The notes beneath the pieces were generated by a model. The model did no database searches and was not told the DNA's origin. It worked only from the letters and a program-made list of their open reading frames with translations. The position numbers and the translations under genes were made by a program. DNA of 62,959 bases, counting the filler, from Porpidia crustulata (taxonomy: Eukaryota), in the NCBI GenBank assembly GCA_964255105.1. It is 4 parts of 4 records of this genome, joined end to end, with 100 filler letters (N's around TTAATTAATTAA, not from the genome) between each part and the next. Parts side by side here need not be neighbours in the genome. Positions count along the whole stretch, not along the records: positions 31,543 to 47,208 come from CAXUWE010000290.1; positions 47,309 to 62,959 come from CAXUWE010000291.1; 2 more parts are not named here. One strand, 5' to 3'. Below, piece after piece: positions 39,520 to 48,062 of this stretch (positions are counted from its first letter, which is position 1; each line of letters starts with the position of its first letter).

Positions 39520-40303
39520 GTCACACCACGCTCTCCTTCCCAAATTACGCATCCAAATTCCCTATGATCTCTCCGAAACAGTAGCGCCATTTTGGAAATC
39601 ACGACAAAATTTTAGCTATATCCATCCACGATCTGCGGCCGGAACTATTGTATGGTTCAACTTGAGCGTGCTGGCGCTCGCAACATGACTGGGAGTACTT
39701 GAGTGGGCTCTGTACTGACTGTTTCGAGCGCATAATGCAGCCACTGAAACGACGATTCCAGACTCGAATCACGAATAGCTGTACCCTTCTGCGTGAGCCT
39801 CAGTAAGCATCTTCCGATTTTGTGGCTTTTAGAATGGCTGCGGAATATACGTACGTCCTCAGTCCGATTCATGCTGAGCCATTACCTGAAATAGAATAAG
39901 TCTGATTTGATCAATCCGATTCACGATATCACGTCTGACTCGTCTAGTCTGAAACATTCGAGCCTCCCTGGCCCATAAGAGCTCGAAACGGTTCGAACTT
40001 CCTAGCGTCTCTTTGAGCTTGCTCGTCCATTGCGAGTTCAATGTATATGATGGAGTATGACGAGCAAGCTGGGTCGCAGTGGATCACGATCTCCTTTGCG
40101 ACAGCCTTATTTAGGTGGCCAACGGTAAATCCATCTTATGAAAAAGGATTGAAATTCAAACATTGCATCGATATCTTGTGCCGTCTTCTCCCTTGATCCA
40201 TATACTTCACCGGATGAAGTAATCTACCTACATACATACCAGACGACGCAGACTGAAATTTTTCATTGCAACGGACGCGGGAAATCCATTGCATGGCGCC
40301 TAG

Positions 40304-42600
40304 TTAAAAATAGTACTTCTTCTTGTTCAGGCATCCAGAGTCGAAGCCGCTTTGTTCAGCCACATTGCAAAATACTATGTGTCCCACGTCTTCCGTTGGC
40401 CTCACGTCAGCAAGCTTGACTTTCATGTCGGCAAGACACCTCGCCCTTTCTACTCCGTCCATTACATTGCCACCAGGTGGAACACTACTGTAAACGTTAT
40501 CTCTTGTCATTGTCGAGACATATCCTAACAGATCCGGCGCCTTGGTGGTCACTTTTAGGAACAAGCCTGCAACGGCACACGCTTGAAGCACTACCGTGAT
40601 TGCTAGAAGGAAAAACGCGTGGAAGCGATTGGCACTGTATCGGGCATTGTCTAGGACAGTGCGGGTGAAGGCTGTCGTGTTCGCCGACGGAACATAGACA
40701 GCTGAGCCACGGGCTGTGTAATTCACCGGGGTGAAGTCTGCTGAAGCGCCAAGTGCAATGCTATAAGGTGATAAGCTGGCTTGCCAGAGAGTGTTTATGT
40801 AGGTTGTGAGCCTCTTTGAAAAGTTTGCGCCCGTTATTTTGGAATAACCAGGGGCAAATGGTGCGATGCCCAGAGACAAGGGAGAGTCGGAGCCGAGCAT
40901 GTATTGGTCCACTGGATTGGGGACACTGAACGTTGGTGATCCAAGCGAAATTGGCATACCTGTTAGTAAGTTCCTAAGCTCTTCGTGCGCAAGTGGTGGA
41001 TGTACCGGGGAGGTGAGATCTTTCACTGATCGGCGCATATGGGTGACTTTGCAGGATCGACCATCACATGTGACGTTAGCCTCTATCCTGGGACTGGTAA
41101 AACTGCAATTGTAGAGTTCGAGACTTGTGTTTCCATTGCCATAGCTGCTCAGGGCATCCCCTGAGGATGGAAATGTTCTTGCAACTGAGCCATACATGAT
41201 ATTCTGCGGCGTTTCATAAGTAGTATACGCCTCGGACGTTGTATCAATAAAGAAGCTAGACCAATAGTGGATATCGGGGCCTCGCTGAAAGGGATCTGTC
41301 ATGTTGTTACCATTCAAGTGGACCTGAGCAGCTTCAAAGCTGGCTCTCCAATCGATTTCACGCCTAGATTTTGTGGTGTTTATGTACGGTATTTGGATTA
41401 CGTCAGAACAGGCTATATCGATATAGGAGGACTCAAGGACGAACGATGAGACGCCGTGAATAGGTATATCTTTGAGCATGAGACCGCTCAGCGATACCCA
41501 TGTTCTATCTGACTTTTCTTCGATTGGCACCCATGGGTTACCTGCAGTCTTCGCTGGAAATTCCAACTCATCAAGCCGAGGGATCTTGACGTTGCCCCAC
41601 TGATCCATAGGCGAATTGATGATTGCCTTGGATGTGAGCGTGCTGGCACCTACCAGCGACGTGAGTGCGTTCTGGACATCAGCCATACCAATTGCTCGGC
41701 CAAATGCTCCGAAACTCAATTCAGTAGGAGGTGCCTGCTAAGTAGTAGTATTGAAGTATTGGACTGTTGTCCGGGAAGAGACTTCCAAATTTGTGATGGT
41801 GAGCAATCGGAGGGACATTTGACTTCCTATTGGAGAAAGGAGCCAAAGCAAGACAACGATCATTCCATATACCCCGAATTGACGAAGTCGTAAGAAACGC
41901 CCAATAGTTGATCCCAGGCTTTGACTGCCTATAAGCTGCTCAAGAAGCTACAACGCATCAGCCCTTTGGCATGACAAGTAGAGCACACGTGGTTTTGGGG
42001 GGACGGGGCTGTTACACACTCCAAGCTTTGCCCCTGATTCGCACCTCCATAATGCGGTACTTCTCATTAGTCGAGCCACGACTGCGGCGAAGATGATTGG
42101 AAATACGGTCGTCCCATATTTGCTAGCCTCTATTATTCCGTCTCCAAAGCTTGATCGCTGTTTTCCATCCAGGACGAGAGCGGCGACCCCCAAGACTAGA
42201 CGTAGACTTGTTAGCAGACATCGCGACGCAGCTCCATTCATTGAAGGATGACTTTAGCAAAACCATCCGGTCAGCTCGTGAAGCCGAGACACTACCTACC
42301 TAGGAAGATACATGGCAGCAAAGTTACGAAGACATCGCAGAGCATTGAGAAATATGTGTTTTTAGTCTTCTCCTTCAGCAGACGAGGTGCAAGAGGCCAG
42401 TCTTTGGGTATATAGAGGTCTCCTTCTGTTTTCAAAGCGTTCTCCAACCCTGTTGAGGCGTCTCTCCTGGCTCCTAATACGCCATCGTTTGGGAGGAATG
42501 GAGTACTCTGGCTATGTGAGTTCGTAGGAAGTGTATCGTACTGGTGAGAAAGGGTTCCGTGAGTCTGGCCATTGCCCTGAGCACGAAATGCGCGATCCAT
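40304..42600 (-). CDS. Uncharacterised fungal membrane protein, three exons
   Basis: Exons from ORFs 42292.., 41948.., 40304..; PIIFAAVVARLMR...LEQLIGSQSL...LLWLLSPIGSQMSLRLL, DQWGNVKIP, APDLLGYVSTMTRDN. Confidence 0.75.
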
Positions 42601-43626
42601 CTTATCACGACACGTTCACAATGAGCATGTCGATATCGTCAATCAAGAAATTTTAGAACTTGGCAACCTTTGCAACAAATACGTCTTTGATCCGCTATTG
42701 CTAACTGGAAGATGAAAGGAGAAAAACGGAAAGTTAATGCAGAGCGATCCGCAATACCTTGACCCAGTCTCGTACTCATCACGATTGCTATCAATAGTCA
42801 CGATCCTTTATAAAATCAATTGGACAAGACAATCCTGAGCTCTATACTCCGAAATTTTAGGAGGCTACATGAAACGTGATTCGGCGCTTAACATGCAGTG
42901 GTCAAGCTGCACGAAGAGGGACTTCAGGTTGGCAAATCACAGGAATAAACGAACGGAGAACCAAGCTGTAAGCAATAATACTCAAGGCTGTAGTGTACCT
43001 GAATGCGCGACATGATATTGATTGGTCTGAGATCCCCGGCTCTGGCAGACTTGCACAGGATTCCCTGTCAACGAATTTAGAATGCCATGTTGATTCGTTC
43101 AGGTAAAAACCTTGTCATGCAAATACATTAGGGGTGTTCAGACCTATTTTTTTGCATGTCATGTTGCCAACACACAATGTAGAAAACATAGTGTAACAAG
43201 CTACATGTTATGTACTTAGTAAAGAGGTCTGAAAACCCCCTTTGATTACGCCCGGAGGGTGATTACGGGGTACATTTCCGTCGTCTTGGCAGGCCTTCGT
43301 GGATGACCTCCGATACTGCACCAATATACGTATAGCTGTCTGTGGTCGCGACAAGTTTCATATTGATGTTGGCTACCCAAAGCTGCGAAAAAGAGCAAAT
43401 CTGTTAAATTTGTCTTGCATCGTGTCTCGCAGCTCAGACTCTTAATTGTTTAATAATCTGAAGTGATACAAATAATGATTTTGTGTATGCGCATAAATTA
43501 AATACGCAATTATAAATAAGAATTTACTGATTTTACTACATTGTGTACGCACGAAGTAAATTGTTTTAATCAAAAATATTATTTTTAAATATTTCTTAAG
43601 CAAATCGCTTCAAATCGATCACGTGA

Positions 43627-43682
43627 CCCTAACCTTTGGTTATGTGGCCGAACTAGGGGTGTGTATGATTAAGGCGATAGTA
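43627..43682. mobile_element. Solitary right-hand TIR related to the 31.5-kb MITE
   Basis: CCTAACCTTTGGTTATGTGGCCGAACTAGGGGTGT matches CCTAAACCTTGGTAAGATGGCCGAGCTAGGGGTGT in the MITE (~31607-31641); preceded by an AT-rich tract ~43440-43620. Confidence 0.6.
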
Positions 43683-43699
43683 TCATCTTTTTTATATCT

Positions 43700-43800
43700 C
43701 TACTGATTCGCCCTTCCCATCCTCTTGCCTTACTTTCTCACTTTTGCTCCACTCTATTCTCCTCTCAATTCCTCTACCGACTGATCTCAACTGCGAATCC
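43700..43800 (+). promoter_or_regulatory. Pyrimidine-rich (CT-box-like) putative fungal core promoter/5' leader
   Basis: Strongly C/T-rich tract directly upstream of ATG 43801; palindromic TCACGTGA E-box at 43619-43626. Confidence 0.4.
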
Positions 43801-44136
43801 ATGGTCAGCAAGGCCGTCCACAACGCGCTTGCGGCCTTCGTCGCCGATCGCGATTGGGCGCAATTCCACACCCCAGAGAACCTCGCCAAGAGCGTTGCGA
43901 TTGAAGCCGGCGAACTACTCGAGTGCTTCCAGTGGGGCGCTGAAGCCGACCCGAGCCGCGTGCGCGAGGAACTGGCCGACGTGCTGACGTACTGTCTGCT
44001 TCTCGCCGATCGCATCGGAGCTGATCCGGAGCAGATTGTGCTGGAGAAGCTCGAGGTCACGCGCAAGAAGTATCCGGTTGACAGGGCCCGAGGGAGTAGC
44101 AAGAAGTACGATGAGCTCGAAGATCGCGCGGCTTGA
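43801..44136 (+). CDS. MazG-like nucleotide pyrophosphohydrolase (DCTPP1/RS21-C6 type), bacterial-like, 111 aa
   Basis: FVADRDWAQFHTPENLAKSVAIEAGELLECFQW...VREELADVLTYCLLLADRIG...KLEVTRKKYP carries the ExxE...EExD metal motif; intronless, C/G-ending codons. Confidence 0.92.
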   Translation: MVSKAVHNALAAFVADRDWAQFHTPENLAKSVAIEAGELLECFQWGAEADPSRVREELADVLTYCLLLADRIGADPEQIVLEKLEVTRKKYPVDRARGSSKKYDELEDRAA

Positions 44137-45877
44137 ATTCTCCAAAACCGCAGTCACGACGTGGAAGTTGCATGACGAGAAACATGGGGACTGGCCTGTA
44201 GTGTATATCTTGGACGACGGCCGCGATATTGCCGGACAGAGCAATCCGAACAGACTGAGGGACATCTACGTTGGCGAATCGCTCAACGCAGCGGGCCGAC
44301 TGCGCCAGCACTTGGAAACACCCGCGAAGCAGCATCTCAAGAAGATTCGCGTCATCATCGATGAAAGATTCAACAAGTCGGTCTGCCTCGACTTGGAGTC
44401 CTACCTCATCAAAATGCTGGCCGGCGACGGTGCCAACCGGGTGCTCAACCGCAACAACGGGATCACGGAGTCCAATTACTACCAACGCGAGGTGTATCGC
44501 GAGAAGTTCCGAAGTATCGTCGAACGACTCCAGGGCGACGGCATCTTTACGCGAAGTATCCCCGAGATCGAGACCAGCGATCTCTTCAAGCTGTCACCCT
44601 TCAAAGCGCTGACGGAAGATCAAGCGAACTCTGTAGAGGAAATCGTCAAGGGGTTCCTCATCGATGTCGAGAGAGGCGCCGAAAGCACGATTGTGATTCA
44701 AGGCGATCCGGGCACAGGCAAGACAGTGGTTGCCATATATATGATGAAATTACTCGTCGACATCAAGACACTCGCTTCGCTCGAGGATCTGGACAGCACC
44801 TCGCGATTCTCCAGCTTCTTTACCGCAGAAAACCAGAGCCTACTACGTGGTCTCCGCATCGGTTTGGTCGTACCGCAGCAATCGTTGCGAGATTCCATCA
44901 AGAAGGTTTTCCGAAAGACGCCAGGGCTCGACCGATCAATGGTCATGACACCTTTCGACGTTGGGCAAGCAGACGAAACTTTCGATCTGCTTTTGGTCGA
45001 CGAGACTCATCGGCTCAACCAGCGTGCCAACCAACCGTCGGGCGTGCTCAACGCCAAGTTTGCCGCCATCACAAGAACACTCTTCGGCAGCGACGACACC
45101 AGCAAGACCCAACTCGATTGGATCCGGGCCAAGAGCCGGCATCAAATCTTCCTTTTGGACGCCGCGCAGAGCGTCCGACCAGCCGATCTGCCGCCGGAAC
45201 TGCTCTCGAACCTCGTCGCCGACACCCGTGCCTCTCGGCGGTATTTCCAGCTTCAAACCCAGATGCGCGTCCAGGCCGGATCCGACTTTGTCTCCTACAT
45301 CCGCTGGATCCTCGATCCCCGTCCCCTCTCCGCTCCCCGGGCGAGACCGAACTTCGGCGACTACGACTTCCGCGCCTTCGACGACGTCGCCGAGATGCGC
45401 GACGAGATCTTCCGCCGCGACGCCGAAGTCGGTCTTTCCCGCATGGTCGCCGGCTACGCCTGGGAGTGGAAGACCAAAAGGGACAGCACCGCGTTCGATA
45501 TCGAAATCGGCCGGACGCGGCTTCGTTGGAACAGCACCCCGACTGATTGGATCGCGTCCAGGAACGCGCTTGAGGAAGTTGGGTCGGTCCATACGGTCCA
45601 GGGGTATGACCTGAACTACGTCGGCGTCATCATCGGTCTTGATCTCCGGTTCAACACCCAGCAACGGCGTCTTTTCATCACTCGCGATTCGTATTTCGAT
45701 AAAAAGGGCAAGGAGAATAATCCGGCGCTGGGGAAACGCTATTCGGATGAGGATCTGCTGCGGTTCGTCACGCAGATCTATGCTGTCCTTATGACGCGTG
45801 GGATCCGCGGCACGTATGTCTATGCGTGTGATGTTGGGTTGAGGGAATATCTTAGAGCTTTCATCCCGGTTTGTTAA
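44111..45877 (+). CDS. GIY-YIG nuclease + DUF2075 (Schlafen group-3-like SF1 helicase/ATPase) protein, bacterial-like, 588 aa
   Basis: WPVVYILD...IYVGES...RLRQH...LDLESYLI...LNRN (GIY-YIG); Walker A QGDPGTGKT; Walker B LLLVDETHRL; VHTVQGYDLNYVGVIIG and YAVLMTRG (SF1 motifs V/VI); ATG overlaps the upstream ORF by 26 nt; intronless. Confidence 0.9.
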   Translation: MSSKIARLEFSKTAVTTWKLHDEKHGDWPVVYILDDGRDIAGQSNPNRLRDIYVGESLNAAGRLRQHLETPAKQHLKKIRVIIDERFNKSVCLDLESYLIKMLAGDGANRVLNRNNGITESNYYQREVYREKFRSIVERLQGDGIFTRSIPEIETSDLFKLSPFKALTEDQANSVEEIVKGFLIDVERGAESTIVIQGDPGTGKTVVAIYMMKLLVDIKTLASLEDLDSTSRFSSFFTAENQSLLRGLRIGLVVPQQSLRDSIKKVFRKTPGLDRSMVMTPFDVGQADETFDLLLVDETHRLNQRANQPSGVLNAKFAAITRTLFGSDDTSKTQLDWIRAKSRHQIFLLDAAQSVRPADLPPELLSNLVADTRASRRYFQLQTQMRVQAGSDFVSYIRWILDPRPLSAPRARPNFGDYDFRAFDDVAEMRDEIFRRDAEVGLSRMVAGYAWEWKTKRDSTAFDIEIGRTRLRWNSTPTDWIASRNALEEVGSVHTVQGYDLNYVGVIIGLDLRFNTQQRRLFITRDSYFDKKGKENNPALGKRYSDEDLLRFVTQIYAVLMTRGIRGTYVYACDVGLREYLRAFIPVC

Positions 45878-46129
45878 TTCCTGAAGGCCTTGCGTACGTT
45901 GTTCTTGTGATTGTAGGAAAGCATGTAATTTCGTTGTATGTTTGGAAAAAGGTCAGGCAATGACAGATTCAAGTAGGGTATCTACCAGCCCGACCTACGA
46001 TGCTTTCAATCTTCCACAGTGTCAGTTGTCAAATTTCCGCCATCACCATCACCATCATCCACTACCTATAGTATAACAATCAGTCCTTCTTTGGGTTATA
46101 CAGTTGCAAATTTATCGCGCTCTGTTCTT

Positions 46130-46173
46130 CACCCTTCCTTCACCCTTCCTTCACCTTTCCTTCACTCTTCCTT
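46130..46173. repeat. 11-bp tandem repeat x4
   Basis: CACCCTTCCTT CACCCTTCCTT CACCTTTCCTT CACTCTTCCTT. Confidence 0.85.
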
Positions 46174-46948
46174 CCCACCTCAACCGTTCCCATAGATCGT
46201 AGGATAAATATCTTTCCGTGTAGATTACTTTCGTCTAATCGACAATTTAACCGTGCATATAACCCCTTGTCTCGAAAACGGTAACCTTGCTCGCGAAAAA
46301 GTTGGACGTTTAGCGGGGGAGCCGAAGATAGATCAGAATGGGATGATGTGCTGTGTTACGATAGTGTAGGAAGGTGGTGAGGTATCGAGGTAGACAAAAC
46401 CTATAAAATCATCATCAAAATCAAAACTCACAGCCGTCGCTGCTCTGATGCCCAAAACCGAATGCCAAATATGGAAACAACTCGGCTATAGAAATATGTC
46501 GGTCGAGAGATAAGAGGTTATTGGCTTTTCTTAAGGTGTGTTGATGGGGAGATGTTGATTCGATCATTCGATATTTCGATACTTCAATCATTTTCTAAAA
46601 TTCTATAATTTCTGCTCAGGCAAGAGCGACATAACATTCGTTGTCAGCTCAACTCAATCCAACCCAACTCCACCCTCGAACGCCATGACGCCATGCTCTC
46701 TATCCCGTCGAGCCATCCAACCCACACATTCAAACAACCCAATTCCAAAATAATCCGAAAGAAATTCCGCTGCTTGCGCCTGCAAAGGGCATGGGAAACT
46801 CAGGTCGATGTAACAACCACCACAGGAAACGACAAAACCAAGAATAAAAACCAAAAACCAAAATTCAAAAAAACTTCCATCATGAATGAAATGGATGGAT
46901 GGATGATGCACATCTCTCCCTTCGGCGGAAATTATTTTTCCAACGTCT

Positions 46949-47208
46949 TTATAGCACTTGACACGGCCTGCGACGACGGCCGCTCCGTGTTCTCGGTTGC
47001 GTATCCGCCTCCGGGTTTGCGGATGCGTCTGGGTTTGCTTCGTCCTTCTTTTCATCCTCGTCCTTCTTCTCATCCTTGTCTTTCTTCTCATCCTCATCTT
47101 TCTTCTCTTTATCTTTCTCCTCATCTTTCTCATCTTTCTCCTCTTTCTCCTCTTCATCTTCCGTCTCATCTCCATCTTTCTTCTCTTTGTCTCCATCTTC
47201 CCCATCCC
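46949..47208 (-). CDS. 3' end of an Asp/Glu/Lys-rich low-complexity protein (5' part lost in gap)
   Basis: Minus frame reads DGEDGDKEKKDGDETEDEEEKEEKDEKDEEK...ADTQPRTRSGRRRRPCQVL-TAA. Confidence 0.5.
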
Positions 47209-47308
47209 NNNNNNNNNNNNNNNNNNNNNNNNNNNNNNNNNNNNNNNNNNNNTTAATTAATTAANNNNNNNNNNNNNNNNNNNNNNNNNNNNNNNNNNNN
47301 NNNNNNNN
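47209..47308. other. Artificial contig-joining linker
   Basis: N44-TTAATTAATTAA-N44. Confidence 0.97.
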
Positions 47309-47537
47309 ATTCGGGGGGATCACTAAATTCCCAGATCAAGACCCGGGGTCGGCGATCCCGGCGGTCAAGAGATCACGGTGGGAGCGGCATTCAAATTCGC
47401 GGCTGGACTTTTGAACCATTCATATGTGTTGCCCAGGAGAAGGAGGAAGGAGGAAAAATGATCAAATAGTGTACGGGCTTTTTGAAAGGGGTTGGGGGTA
47501 GGGATCGAGCGGGTTGTGTTCTTTATATTGTTATGTG

Positions 47538-47700
47538 NNNNNNNNNNNNNNNNNNNNNNNNNNNNNNNNNNNNNNNNNNNNTTTTTTTTTGGTGTTTTTT
47601 TGTTTGTTTGGTTTTTTTTTGTTATTTTTTTATTTTTTTATTTAGTTATTGAGTGAGAGAGGGAGAGAGGGAAAGAGGGAAAGAGAGGGAGAGGGATGGA
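47538..47700. other. Assembly gap (N44) followed by T-rich and GA-rich low-complexity sequence
   Basis: Ns 47538-47581, then poly-T/GT runs and GAGAGG repeats. Confidence 0.85.
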
Positions 47701-48062
47701 TGGAAAATTATTCATGGGTGTTGATGCTAGTCGGTGGGTTGAAAGCTGCGATTGAGTGTTCCACGACTGGGGGATTATTAGTGGAGTGGGGCGTGGTTAT
47801 TTGAAGAAAGAAGTCGTGAGGAAAAACATTGATGTATTTTCTAACTCGACATGACTTTATATAAAATCAAAAAATCCGCGCTTTAGTTTTCTAAAAGTTT
47901 ATCCTTGATCTGTACTTGAAAACCCTCCCAAGAAGAAGCCGGAGCTCCGTCTTAAAATTTAAAGTATCCTAGCCTTACATCTAATGTCCTTGTGGAAATT
48001 CTTTCCAATAATCCCCCAAAATCGATCCGAAAGGTCATAAAAAGAAAAGAAAAAAAAAGGTC

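Noticed and set aside
43744..43800. TTG-initiated N-terminal extension of the MazG ORF
   Set aside because: Translates a CT-rich leader; homology-like sequence and the GC shift start at ATG 43801.
44936..45664. Long antisense and alternate-frame ORFs over the helicase gene
   Set aside because: Expected shadow ORFs of GC-rich coding DNA; no motifs.
31543..47208. Calling the accessory contig a Starship
   Set aside because: No DUF3435 tyrosine recombinase or element boundaries visible; kept only as a hypothesis.
46654..47264. Arg/Lys/Met-rich and Phe/Leu/Ser-rich ORFs in the track
   Set aside because: Alternate frames of one purine-rich low-complexity tract; the D/E/K minus frame is more plausible.
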